Source: Fidelibacterota bacterium
GTDB lineage: Bacteria > Fidelibacterota > Fidelibacteria > Fidelibacterales > Fidelibacteraceae
Length of the DNA: 63,727 nucleotides
Direction of reading: 5' to 3'
Assembly: GCA_034659735.1 (NCBI GenBank)
Contig: JAYEHX010000185.1
Coordinates: 1-63,727, forward strand
A model generated the notes under the pieces. It made no database searches. It saw only the letters and a list, made by a program, of their open reading frames with translations, and was not told where the DNA came from. Positions within the stretch are counted from its first letter, which is position 1. Each line of letters starts with the position of its first letter. The position numbers were made by a program, and so were the translations under genes. Positions 37,619-47,518 of this stretch are shown here, one piece after another.

Positions 37619-38965
37619 ATGGAATATAAATTATTGAAAAAACCGGAAAATGGTGTAAAAATTAAATTTGGAAATGGTAAAATTGTTGTTCCCGATAATC
37701 CAATTGTTCCCTTTATAGAAGGTGATGGAATTGGTCCGGATTTATGGAAAGCAACAAAACAAGTTATTGATTCAGCAGTTAAAAAAGCTTTTAATGGTAA
37801 AAAGAAAATTTCTTGGTATAAAATTTATGCAGGACTTGATGCTTTGGAAAAATACGGGAATGATGATATTTTACCGCAGGATACTTTCAATGCGATAGAA
37901 GAATATAAGGTTGCAATAAAAGGACCATTAACAACACCGGTTGGGAAATTTGATTTCGTCTGTTTAGAGTGTTCAAAAGAACAAGATGGAGTAAATGGTA
38001 AGCGTCCCGAGAAGTGTGAAAAATGTGGTTCAACAATGGTGACAAAAAGATTTCGTTCATTAAATGTGACACTACGACAGAAACTTGATCTTTATGCTTG
38101 TGTTCGTCCTGTTAGATGGTATCAAGGAGTTCCGGCACCTGTGAAAGCACCGGAAAAATTAGATGTGATAATATTTAGAGAGAATACGGAAGATGTATAT
38201 TCGGGAATAGAATTTCAAGAAGGAACTGATGACGCAAAGAAATTAATTACTTTTTTGAAAGATAATTTTGATAAAAATGTCCGTAAAGACAGCGGTATTG
38301 GAATTAAACCAATGTCAATAACCGGTTCAAAACGATTAATTAAGAAAGCTATTGAATATGCTATTTCAAATAATAAACCGAGTGTCACATTAGTTCACAA
38401 AGGTAATATTATGAAATTTACTGAAGGTGCATTTCGTGATTGGGGATATGAACTGGCAAAGAGCGAATTTAGAGATCAGATAGTGACTGAGCAAGAATTA
38501 TGGGATGATTTTGACGGAAAGATGCCCGAAGGAAAAATATTGATAAAAGATAGAATTGCGGATCAAACATTTCAACAGCTTCTGCTTCGTCCTGATGAAT
38601 ATAGTGTTCTTGCGACTCCAAATCTTAATGGCGATTATATTTCAGATGCATGTGCGGCTCAGGTTGGTGGACTTGGACTTGCACCCGGCTCAAATTTTGG
38701 TGACGAATTAGCACTTTTTGAAGCTACTCACGGAACCGCACCAAAATATACCGGAATGGATAAAGTAAATCCTACTTCATTAATTCTATCTGGAGTGATG
38801 ATGCTAAGACATTTGGGCTGGAATGAATCGGCGGACTTAATTGAACTTGCTATCGAGAAGACAATTGCAAATAAAACTGTCACTTATGATTTAGAGAGAC
38901 AGATGAAAGGAGGAACAAAACTCAAGACATCAGAATTTGGTCAAAAAATAATTGACAATATGTAA
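37619..38965 (+). CDS. icd: isocitrate dehydrogenase (NADP-type, prokaryotic homodimeric family) with CxxC...CxxC insertion
   Basis: 'IEGDGIGPD', 'KGPLTTPVG', '[19 protein letters not shown]', '[10 protein letters not shown]', '[11 protein letters not shown]'. Extra segment '[36 protein letters not shown]'. Confidence 0.9.
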   Translation: MEYKLLKKPENGVKIKFGNGKIVVPDNPIVPFIEGDGIGPDLWKATKQVIDSAVKKAFNGKKKISWYKIYAGLDALEKYGNDDILPQDTFNAIEEYKVAIKGPLTTPVGKFDFVCLECSKEQDGVNGKRPEKCEKCGSTMVTKRFRSLNVTLRQKLDLYACVRPVRWYQGVPAPVKAPEKLDVIIFRENTEDVYSGIEFQEGTDDAKKLITFLKDNFDKNVRKDSGIGIKPMSITGSKRLIKKAIEYAISNNKPSVTLVHKGNIMKFTEGAFRDWGYELAKSEFRDQIVTEQELWDDFDGKMPEGKILIKDRIADQTFQQLLLRPDEYSVLATPNLNGDYISDACAAQVGGLGLAPGSNFGDELALFEATHGTAPKYTGMDKVNPTSLILSGVMMLRHLGWNESADLIELAIEKTIANKTVTYDLERQMKGGTKLKTSEFGQKIIDNM

Positions 38966-38976
38966 AGGAGAGTAAA

Positions 38977-39648
38977 ATGAATTCAAATGAAAAAATGCTT
39001 AATGAGGCACAAGAGTATGTTTATCAAGGTAAAATGATAAATGCGGTGAAACTTTATGAAAAAGTTTCAGAAAATGATTCAAAAAATGTCACTGCACTTA
39101 TGCAATTGGGAAATTGTTATTATGTGCTTGGACAATTGACAAAATCAATAGAATCTTATCAAAAAGTGGTGGAATTAAAGCCACATTATCTTTATGCTAA
39201 ATGTCGTCTTGGAGTTTCATATTATCGTTCAGCAAGATTTAAAAAAGCAATAGAAACTTTTGATAGTATTGATGGAGAAAAGGTTGATTTATATATGGCA
39301 TATAGTTGGATTGGATTGTGTTATTATCATCTTGGTAGAGAAGATAAAAGTATTGAATATTATGAAAAGTTAGTTAAAAAAATACCGGAGACATCTATTA
39401 TAAATTATCATCTTGCAGTGGCAAATAAAGCAAGTGGAAATTATAAAGATGCAACCAAAAACCTTAATCTTTTGCTTGAGGCAAATCCTGAACATGTTTC
39501 AGCAACATTTCATTTGGCACTATGCTATATGAGACAATATGAGATAGATAAGGCATTAGAATTGTTTAAGAAGGTATTAGAAATAGATTCTGAACATAAA
39601 GTAGCAGCCGAATATTTTGAAACGATAACTAATGTTCCGTCGGTATAA
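38977..39648 (+). CDS. TPR-repeat protein
   Basis: Repeated 34-aa A/Y/L patterns ('LGNCYYVLGQLTKSIESYQKVVELKP'). Paralog of 41174..41986. Confidence 0.75.
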   Translation: MNSNEKMLNEAQEYVYQGKMINAVKLYEKVSENDSKNVTALMQLGNCYYVLGQLTKSIESYQKVVELKPHYLYAKCRLGVSYYRSARFKKAIETFDSIDGEKVDLYMAYSWIGLCYYHLGREDKSIEYYEKLVKKIPETSIINYHLAVANKASGNYKDATKNLNLLLEANPEHVSATFHLALCYMRQYEIDKALELFKKVLEIDSEHKVAAEYFETITNVPSV

Positions 39649-39702
39649 TTAGCAATATGAATTATTAATTAAAAATATTAAAAATGAATAAAGAGGAAAT
39701 AA

Positions 39703-41157
39703 ATGAAAGAAGTAAGTATTCGATTAAATAACTTAGATGAAGTATTTTCCGATTATTTTACTGAAGAAAAAATTGCAGAGGCCAAAACTATTTTTTTAAA
39801 AAAATTGTCTGAAACTGCTCATGAATTTTATGGTGGAAAAATTCAAACAGCACCAAAAGCCGGTGTGTTTGGATTTAATTGGTTTAATGTTTGGTACACA
39901 CCTGGTGTTTCAAAAGTTTCTACAACAGTCCGTGATGATAATGATAGATCATTTGATTTATTAAATAGAGGAAATATTGTTGCTGTTGTAAGTGATTCAA
40001 CAAGAGTATTAGGTGATGGTAATTGTACTCCTCCGGGTGGTTTAGGAGTAATGGAGGGCAAGGCATTTTTGATGAAATATCTTGGTGGTGTTGATGCCGT
40101 CCCACTTTGTATTGATAGTCGTAATGAAAAAGGGGAAAATGATCCTCAGAAAATCATCGATTTTGTGAAAATGGTGCAATATAGTTTTGGAGCAATAAAT
40201 TTAGAGGATATTTCTCAACCAAATTGTTATAAGGTATTAGATACATTGCGTGAAGAGTGTGAAATTCCTGTTTGGCATGATGATGCACAAGGAACTGCAT
40301 GTGTTACTTTAGCCGGATTGATTAATGCATTAAAATTAGCTAATAAAAAGATATCCGATGTTAAAATTGCTATGTTAGGTGCTGGAGCATCAAATAGTAC
40401 AATTGCGAGATTAATTATGACAGCTGGTGGAAATCCCAAAAATATTATTATGTTTGATTCTAAAGGCGGACTACATAAAAATCGTGAAGATATCAAATCT
40501 GATCCAAGATTTTATAGAAAATGGGAAATATGTCAATCGACTAATCCGGAAAATGTAGATGATTTTTCAGAAGCATGTAAAGGTGCTGATGTATTAATTG
40601 CTCTTTCTACACCCGGACCTGATACGGTTAAACCGGAATGGATAAGTAGTATGGCCGATAAATCTATCGTTTTTACATGTGCTAATCCTGTACCAGAAAT
40701 ATATCCTTATGCTGCAAAAGAAGCTGGAGCATATATTGTAGCAACAGGCAGAGGAGATTTTTCAAATCAGGTAAATAATTCCATTGGTTTTCCGGGTATT
40801 CTTAAAGGTGCTTTATTGGTAAGAGCAAAAAAAGTGACGGATAATATGGCAATTACGGCGGCATATTCATTGGCACAATATGCTGAAGATAGGGGAATTG
40901 ATCAGGAAAATATTGTACCTACTATGGAAGAATATGGTGTTTTTCAATATGTGGCTGCCGAAGTTGCAATGCAAGCGATAAAAGATGGTGTCGCAAGAAA
41001 GAAAATGACAAAAGAGGAAGTTAGAAAAAAAGCAGGTAGGGATATTGTATATTCTCGTACGATGACTAAAACACTAATGGATGAAGGGTATATAGAAAAA
41101 CCACCACAGAAGATGCTACAAGATACTTTAGAGTTTACTCTAAAAGAAATGAAATGA
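39703..41157 (+). CDS. maeB: NAD(P)-dependent malic enzyme (short form, no PTA domain)
   Basis: 'VVSDSTRVLGDGN', 'GVMEGKAFLMKYLGGVDA', 'NLEDISQPNCY', 'HDDAQGTA', 'GAGASNS', 'ANPVPEI'. Confidence 0.88.
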   Translation: MKEVSIRLNNLDEVFSDYFTEEKIAEAKTIFLKKLSETAHEFYGGKIQTAPKAGVFGFNWFNVWYTPGVSKVSTTVRDDNDRSFDLLNRGNIVAVVSDSTRVLGDGNCTPPGGLGVMEGKAFLMKYLGGVDAVPLCIDSRNEKGENDPQKIIDFVKMVQYSFGAINLEDISQPNCYKVLDTLREECEIPVWHDDAQGTACVTLAGLINALKLANKKISDVKIAMLGAGASNSTIARLIMTAGGNPKNIIMFDSKGGLHKNREDIKSDPRFYRKWEICQSTNPENVDDFSEACKGADVLIALSTPGPDTVKPEWISSMADKSIVFTCANPVPEIYPYAAKEAGAYIVATGRGDFSNQVNNSIGFPGILKGALLVRAKKVTDNMAITAAYSLAQYAEDRGIDQENIVPTMEEYGVFQYVAAEVAMQAIKDGVARKKMTKEEVRKKAGRDIVYSRTMTKTLMDEGYIEKPPQKMLQDTLEFTLKEMK

Positions 41158-41173
41158 TTTATGGAGTATTAAA

Positions 41174-41986
41174 ATGATTGATTTAGAAAAGACATTGGTA
41201 TTAGCCAACAAGTTAAAAATGGAAGGTGATTTAGAAGGATCGGCACAGGAATATAAAAAAATATTAGAAAATAATCCTGAAAATATTAATGCCAAATTTA
41301 ATCTTGGTGATATTTATTATATACTTGGTGATATTAATAAGTCAACTAATTATTATGAAGAATTAATAAAGCAAGCACCAAAACATATTTTAGCACTTTA
41401 TAGATTAGGTATTTCATATTTTAGGTCTTCAAATTTTAGTAAAGCAGTAAAAACTTTGGAAAGTGTAATTGATAGTGATGCGAAAATTGATATGGCTTAT
41501 TATTGGTTAGGTTTGTCCTATTACCATATTGGAAGAATGGAAAAAAGTATAGAAGCATTTATAAATTTGAGATTATTGAACACAAAGAATTCATTGGGTT
41601 GTTATCATTTGGCAATTGTTTATAAAGCAGTTGGGAAATATCATGATGCAATAGAATGTTTATTGAAAATTTTTGATGAATCTAAAAATGTTGTTTCAGT
41701 TAATTATCATTTGGGATTGGCTTATCTCGGGATTACAGATGTGGCGAATGCATTAAAATATTTCAAAAAAGTCATTGAATTAGATCCCGAACATAAATCG
41801 GCAAAGGAAAAAATTGATGAAATTGTTAATGATCAAGATATGATGTATTCGTATGGAATTGAGATGCCAAAAGATGATTCGCCGAATAAATTAGCAAGTA
41901 ATTATTTTCTTGGACAGGCATACAAGGGATTTTCATTATTAGAAAAAGCGTTGAAACATTTTAAAGATAATTTGGAAGAGAAATAA
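41174..41986 (+). CDS. TPR-repeat protein (paralog)
   Basis: Shares 'MAYYWLGLSYYHIGRMEKSIEAF' and 'YHLAIVYKAVGKYHDA' with the upstream TPR protein ('MAYSWIGLCYYHLGREDKSIEYY', 'YHLAVANKASGNYKDA'). Confidence 0.75.
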   Translation: MIDLEKTLVLANKLKMEGDLEGSAQEYKKILENNPENINAKFNLGDIYYILGDINKSTNYYEELIKQAPKHILALYRLGISYFRSSNFSKAVKTLESVIDSDAKIDMAYYWLGLSYYHIGRMEKSIEAFINLRLLNTKNSLGCYHLAIVYKAVGKYHDAIECLLKIFDESKNVVSVNYHLGLAYLGITDVANALKYFKKVIELDPEHKSAKEKIDEIVNDQDMMYSYGIEMPKDDSPNKLASNYFLGQAYKGFSLLEKALKHFKDNLEEK

Positions 41987-42018
41987 AATAAACTATAAAA
42001 AACGGAGGGAATATCTTT

Positions 42019-43926
42019 ATGGCAACAAAAGGTAATTTACCTGAAATTACAGTTAAAGCGGTATTTTTGGGGATAATTTTATCTGTGGTTCTGGCAGCCG
42101 CAAATGCTTATCTCGGACTGTTCGCCGGAATGACAGTAAGTGCTTCAATACCCGCAGCGGTTATTTCGATGGGAATATTGGGACTATTCAAAAAATCAAA
42201 TATACTTGAGAACAACATTGTTCAAACAGCAGCATCGGCAGGAGAATCTCTCGCAGCGGGAGTTATTTTCACAATTCCTGCTTTGGTATTGATGGGATAT
42301 TGGACTGATTTTAATTATATTGAAATTGCGAAAATTTCTGGTGTCGGTGGAATTATTGGTGTTTTGTTTACCATTCCACTGAGACGAGCTTTGATAATCG
42401 AAGCAAAATTAAAATATCCTGAAGGAATTGCGACTGCGGAGGTCTTACAAGCAGGAAATGATGCGAAGGAAAAAATAGCAGGTGGAAAATCTGAGATAAT
42501 GATAATTTTATATACTGCATTAGCAGGCGGATTTATGAAATTATTGCAACAGGGTTTTACAATGTGGAATTCTGCATTAGAGGGTGCTTTTGGTGTGCCA
42601 TTTGTTCGAAATTCTTCAGGTGCCGGAAAGTCGGTTTTCGGATTTGGAACTGATCTCTCTCCTGCATTAGTCGGAGTCGGATATATTGTTGGGAAAAACA
42701 TATCTATTTTAGTTTTTGCCGGTGGTTTGATTTCTTGGTTATTTGCGATTCCAATTTATACTTGGATTACAGGCGAATATACTGTTGTGAATATGGATGT
42801 TGCTATGGATATTTGGAGTACGAAAATAAGATATATTGGTGTTGGTGCCATGGTTGTTGGTGGAGTTTGGTCGATTATCAATTTATTCAAACCATTAGCT
42901 GCCGGAGTGAAGTCAAGTTTACAAGCATATAAAAGTGCAAATTCCGGTGTAGAAGTGGCACGAACTGAAAAAGATATTCCAATTAAATGGGTTGGTACTG
43001 CTCTATTATTTGCAGTTATTCCTGTCTTTCTAATTTATATTGATGTTCTCCACAGTTGGAAAATTGCTTTACTTCTTTCCGTTGTAATGATGGTTTTCGG
43101 ATTTTTGTTTTCTGCGGTTGCAGGATATATGGCTGGTTTGGTCGGTTCATCTAATAATCCAATTTCCGGTGTGACAATTGCTACGATTTTATTTGCATCG
43201 CTTTTACTTCTCGCAATTCTTGGAACAGGAAGTGTCGAAGGTGCTGCAGGAGCAATAATTATCGGTGCTTTGGTCTGCAGTGCTGCCGCGATTGCCGGTG
43301 ATAATATGCAGGATTTGAAAGCGGGTTATATACTCGGTGCTACTCCTTGGAAACAGCAGGTAATGCAAATTGTTGGAACTTTATCCGCCGCACTTGCTCT
43401 TGGATTGACATTAGATATTTTGCATACTGCATATACTATTGGTTCAGAAACACTATCAGCTCCGCAAGCAACATTAATGAAATCTGTAGCAGAGGGAGTT
43501 TTTCAGGGGAATTTGCCTTGGAATTTTGTTCTCGTTGGTGCGATAATCGGAGTTGTAATTATTATTATTGACTTGATTCAGAAGAAAAGAGGTTCGGATT
43601 TTAGAGTTCCGATTCTTGCAGTTGCGGTTGGAATATATTTGCCAATTACACTGTCAGTTCCCATATTTATTGGTGGAATGATTGCACATTATTCACAGAA
43701 AAGAAATACTTCCGATGCAGGAAAAAAGAAGGGCTTACTATTTGCATCAGGTCTTATCACTGGTGAAGCTTTGATGGGAATTTTTGTTGCAATACCGATT
43801 TTTATTACTGCTAATAAAGATTGGTGGCCTAACTTTTCAGGATTCGCTTGGTTGGGAACGGTTTTATTTATTGGAATAATTGCTTGGCTGTATTTTTCTG
43901 TTAGTAAGAGAGAATCTACTATATAA
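42019..43926 (+). CDS. OPT-family oligopeptide transporter
   Basis: 635 aa, polytopic. 'ELTVKAV..G..L....AANAYLGL..GMTVSASIPAAV' N-terminus and 'MQDLKAGY..GATP' motif are typical of bacterial OPT proteins. Confidence 0.8.
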   Translation: MATKGNLPEITVKAVFLGIILSVVLAAANAYLGLFAGMTVSASIPAAVISMGILGLFKKSNILENNIVQTAASAGESLAAGVIFTIPALVLMGYWTDFNYIEIAKISGVGGIIGVLFTIPLRRALIIEAKLKYPEGIATAEVLQAGNDAKEKIAGGKSEIMIILYTALAGGFMKLLQQGFTMWNSALEGAFGVPFVRNSSGAGKSVFGFGTDLSPALVGVGYIVGKNISILVFAGGLISWLFAIPIYTWITGEYTVVNMDVAMDIWSTKIRYIGVGAMVVGGVWSIINLFKPLAAGVKSSLQAYKSANSGVEVARTEKDIPIKWVGTALLFAVIPVFLIYIDVLHSWKIALLLSVVMMVFGFLFSAVAGYMAGLVGSSNNPISGVTIATILFASLLLLAILGTGSVEGAAGAIIIGALVCSAAAIAGDNMQDLKAGYILGATPWKQQVMQIVGTLSAALALGLTLDILHTAYTIGSETLSAPQATLMKSVAEGVFQGNLPWNFVLVGAIIGVVIIIIDLIQKKRGSDFRVPILAVAVGIYLPITLSVPIFIGGMIAHYSQKRNTSDAGKKKGLLFASGLITGEALMGIFVAIPIFITANKDWWPNFSGFAWLGTVLFIGIIAWLYFSVSKRESTI

Positions 43927-43951
43927 AAAGAATAATAATTATTCAATATCA

Positions 43952-43987
43952 GAAATGCCATATCATAATGATGTGGCATTTTTTTTA
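43952..43987 (+). terminator. rho-independent terminator after the OPT gene
   Basis: AAATGCCA / TGGCATTT stem with a 13-nt loop, followed by a T-run. Confidence 0.7.
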
Positions 43988-44033
43988 CCAATTTTTAACT
44001 TGAATATTATTTAATAAACAAGTAAATTCAAAT

Positions 44034-45227
44034 ATGTTAAGATTAAGATTTATAGCAATTATTTTATTAATATTTATTTCGCAGATAATGTTTGCTGAAG
44101 ATGTATCGGAATATAATCGCAAAATTGAGAATAGCAATCGTAAATTGAAAAATATTGATAATGAAATTAAAAAATTACGACAAAATATTAATAAGAAAAA
44201 AAGAGCTGAACGATCTTTGGTAGATGAACTAAATCAATCTGAACAGGAGATTTCTTTAATAAATAAAAAAATGGATACTCAAAAAGAAAAATTAGATTTG
44301 CAAAAGAATAAGTTGCATACCTTAGAAACAAAAAAAAGTGTTCAAATAGTTCAAAAAAAGGAGTTAAAGGAAAGATATAAAAAGAGAGTTGTTCGTTTTT
44401 ATATGGATTATGAAGATGATATTTATTCGTATATTGTTAAATCAGATAATGTAAATCAGTTTTTTTATAGAATAAAATATTTTAATATTATTAATGATAT
44501 AGACAAGGAAATTTATGATAAGATAAGATTTTTGATTAATGATATTGACGATAAAACCGTGCAGATATATAATGAAAAAAAGGAAATTGTTAACACGATT
44601 AATAGTTTCAAAGAGGAAGATATAAAACTAAAAAAGATTAAAAGTGAGAAAAATAGAAATTTAAAAAAGGTAAAAAATAATCGTTTAGAACTTACCAAAG
44701 CATTAAAAAACAAGCGAGAGTCACGGAAAAAAATTCAAAAAATGATAAGAGATGTTGAGCAAAAAAAATCACGATATTTAGCGGAATTAAAAAGGCAAAG
44801 AGAATTACGGCAACAGAAATGGAAAAAGAGTTATAGGAAAGGTGAAATTCCTTGGCCGGTATATGGAAGTGTGATAAGCAAATTTGGAAAACATAAAGAT
44901 CCTAAATTAAAAACAATTACGGAAAATTCGGGTATTGATATTCGAGCTTCAAAAGGAACAGCCGTAAAAACAGTTATGGACGGAATGATTGCTTCTATTA
45001 CTTGGCTTCGTGGATATGGAAATACGATAATGGTGTTTCATGAGAATGGTTTTTATACTGTATATTCGCATGTTGATGGGATTAAAGTTAAGGCAAATGA
45101 TTATGTAAAATCAGGAGCAACTATTGCAGAAGTCAGTGATAGCGGTTCTATGAATGGTGATATGCTTCATTTCGAAATTTGGAATGAAAAGGAAAACCTT
45201 AATCCTGAACTATGGTTAAAAAGATAA
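44034..45227 (+). CDS. M23-family peptidase with long coiled-coil (EnvC-like murein hydrolase activator)
   Basis: Signal/anchor, then about 250 aa of K/E-rich coiled coil. C-terminal LytM domain 'GIDIRASKGTAVKTVMDG...GYGNTIMVFHENGFYTVYSH...LHFEIW'. Confidence 0.85.
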   Translation: MLRLRFIAIILLIFISQIMFAEDVSEYNRKIENSNRKLKNIDNEIKKLRQNINKKKRAERSLVDELNQSEQEISLINKKMDTQKEKLDLQKNKLHTLETKKSVQIVQKKELKERYKKRVVRFYMDYEDDIYSYIVKSDNVNQFFYRIKYFNIINDIDKEIYDKIRFLINDIDDKTVQIYNEKKEIVNTINSFKEEDIKLKKIKSEKNRNLKKVKNNRLELTKALKNKRESRKKIQKMIRDVEQKKSRYLAELKRQRELRQQKWKKSYRKGEIPWPVYGSVISKFGKHKDPKLKTITENSGIDIRASKGTAVKTVMDGMIASITWLRGYGNTIMVFHENGFYTVYSHVDGIKVKANDYVKSGATIAEVSDSGSMNGDMLHFEIWNEKENLNPELWLKR

Positions 45228-45246
45228 AAAATATAAAAGGACAGGT

Positions 45247-46674
45247 ATGAATAAAGAGACAAGGCAAATATTAATTGAATTATACGAAAAGCAATTTGAT
45301 GAAAATGTAAGGGATATTAAAAAGTTAGCTCGTTCCGGTTCTGCTCGTGAATATTTTAGAATTACAGGCAATAATAATTCTGCGATTGGTGTTTTTAATA
45401 ATGACAGAAAAGAGAATGTTGCATTTATTGAATTCACAAAATCTTTTTTAGAAAGCGATGTGAATGCACCACAAATATATCAAACCGATTTAGAAAATGC
45501 TGTTTATCTCGAAGAGGATTTGGGTGATGAAACACTTTTTGGACATTTATCTAAAATATATAAAAAGGGAATATTTCCTAAGGAATTGATTGAACTTTAT
45601 AAAAATATATTGACAATACTTCCTAAAATTCAGATAGATGTTGACAAAAAAATTGATTATTCAAAATGTTATCCGAGAAGTTCATTTGATCGTCAATCGA
45701 TGATGTGGGATTTAAATTATTTCAAATATTACTTTTTGAAACTTGCTCATGTATCGTTTGATGAACAGTTGCTTGAAGACGATTTTCAAAAATTTTGCGA
45801 CTATCTTTTGAATTATGATAATGAATATTTTTTATACAGAGATTTTCAGTCGCGAAATATTATGCTAAAGAATAATAAAATTTATTTTATCGATTATCAA
45901 GGTGGAAGAAAAGGTGCATTGCAATATGATGTCGCATCGCTACTTTATGATGCAAAGGCAAATATTCCTCAACATATTCGCAAGGAATTATTGGAATATT
46001 ATATTGACGAGTTGCAAAAATATATCAAGATTGACAAAGAGAAATTTATCAAGCAGTATTATGGTTTCGTCTTGGTAAGAATTATGCAAGCGATGGGTGC
46101 TTATGGTTTCAGAGGATTTTATGAGCGGAAAGAACATTTTTTGAAAAGCATTCCCTATGCGATTAAAAATATGAAATACATTTTGGAAACAGTTGAGTTG
46201 CCGGTTAAGATTCCTTTTCTGATGGAGGCATTAAAAAATGTTGTAGAATCCAAATGGTTGAAAAAAATCGGTGAGAAAAAAAATAATCTAAAAATCCGTA
46301 TAAATAGTTTTGCATTTAAGAATGGAATTCCCGGAGATGCGAAGGGAAATGGTGGTGGATTTGTTTTTGATTGCAGAGGAATATTGAATCCGGGAAGAAT
46401 CGATAAATATAAATCACAAACCGGAAAAGATGAAAATGTGATAAAATATTTAGAAGAAAAAACAGAAATAAAAAAGTTTTTAACAAATATTTATGACTTA
46501 GTTGATGGAACTGTTGAGAATTATATAGATAGAAATTTTACAGATTTATTAGTGAATTTCGGTTGCACAGGCGGACAGCATCGCTCGGTATATTCTGCTG
46601 AAAAGTTGGCTGAACATTTAGAAAAAAAATATGATATTTCAATTAGTATAAATCATAGAGAACTTGAAAATTGA
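45247..46674 (+). CDS. AmgK-like sugar/aminoglycoside-family phosphotransferase fused to a RapZ C-terminal-like domain
   Basis: Kinase core 'LYRDFQSRNIMLKNNKIYFIDYQGGRKGALQYDVASLL'. The C-terminal ~135 aa has 'INSFAFKNGIP...FVFDCRGILNPGR...FGCTGGQHRSVY', which matches the RapZ/UPF0042 C-domain signature GCTGGxHRSV. Confidence 0.75.
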   Translation: MNKETRQILIELYEKQFDENVRDIKKLARSGSAREYFRITGNNNSAIGVFNNDRKENVAFIEFTKSFLESDVNAPQIYQTDLENAVYLEEDLGDETLFGHLSKIYKKGIFPKELIELYKNILTILPKIQIDVDKKIDYSKCYPRSSFDRQSMMWDLNYFKYYFLKLAHVSFDEQLLEDDFQKFCDYLLNYDNEYFLYRDFQSRNIMLKNNKIYFIDYQGGRKGALQYDVASLLYDAKANIPQHIRKELLEYYIDELQKYIKIDKEKFIKQYYGFVLVRIMQAMGAYGFRGFYERKEHFLKSIPYAIKNMKYILETVELPVKIPFLMEALKNVVESKWLKKIGEKKNNLKIRINSFAFKNGIPGDAKGNGGGFVFDCRGILNPGRIDKYKSQTGKDENVIKYLEEKTEIKKFLTNIYDLVDGTVENYIDRNFTDLLVNFGCTGGQHRSVYSAEKLAEHLEKKYDISISINHRELEN

Positions 46675-46703
46675 AAAATCAAAATAACAATACTAAATTG
46701 AAA

Positions 46704-46766
46704 TCTTTGCGTTCTTTGCATAACTTTGCATTCTTTGCGTGAAACTCTTAAATGCATGAAACTCTT
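46704..46766. repeat. short-period CTTTGCR array plus TGAAACTCTT x2
   Basis: tctttgcg ttctttgca taactttgca ttctttgcg tgaaactctt aaatgca tgaaactctt. The same CTTTGCG unit recurs at 58618-58641. Confidence 0.85.
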
Positions 46767-46783
46767 ATTTTAGGAAACAGAAG

Positions 46784-47518
46784 ATGAAAGCAATGATATT
46801 ATCAGCAGGATTGGGAACAAGATTAAAACCCTTGACCAATAATATTCCAAAGGCGTTAGTAAAAATAAACGGTATAACTCTTTTAGAAAATGCAATAAAA
46901 ACCGTTTCAAATTTTGGTTTTGATGACATAATAATAAATGTTCATCACTTTTCTGAAAAAGTTAAAACATTTATTAAAGAAAATAAATTTTCCGCCAAAA
47001 TAACAATTTCTGATGAAAGTGAAAAATTGTTGAATACCGGTGGCGGTGTAAAAAAGGCAAGTCGGTTTTTTGATAATGAACCATTTTTGTTGTATAATGT
47101 TGATATTATTTCAGATATAAATTTGAATAAAATGATGAAGCAACATAAAAAAAGTAAAGCACTGGCAACACTTGCTATTCGTAAAAGAGAGTCGTCAAGA
47201 TATTTATTATTTGAAGAAAATAATTTATTGTGCGGTTGGAAAAATAATAAAAGTGGTAAGAAAATTATTAAAGGAAATGCAGAAAAGTTAGAAGAAATGG
47301 CTTTTAGTGGAATTCATATTATAAATCCGCGAATTTTTAAATTGATGCCAAAAGATGATAAATTCTCGATTATTAAATTATACTTGGATTTAATAGAAAA
47401 AAATAAAATTATAGGTTTTAATCATTCTGATTCGTTGTGGATGGATGCAGGGAAAATTGAAGATTTGGAATTAGCTGAAAAGAGGGTTAGAAGGTCGGAA
47501 AGAGGGCTAGAAGGTTAG
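46784..47518 (+). CDS. sugar-1-phosphate nucleotidyltransferase (MurU-like)
   Basis: 'MILSAGLGTRLKPLTNNIPKALV' NTP-transferase motif. Adjacent to the AmgK-like kinase. The last ~12 codons and the stop are encoded by an octamer array. Confidence 0.8.
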   Translation: MKAMILSAGLGTRLKPLTNNIPKALVKINGITLLENAIKTVSNFGFDDIIINVHHFSEKVKTFIKENKFSAKITISDESEKLLNTGGGVKKASRFFDNEPFLLYNVDIISDINLNKMMKQHKKSKALATLAIRKRESSRYLLFEENNLLCGWKNNKSGKKIIKGNAEKLEEMAFSGIHIINPRIFKLMPKDDKFSIIKLYLDLIEKNKIIGFNHSDSLWMDAGKIEDLELAEKRVRRSERGLEG

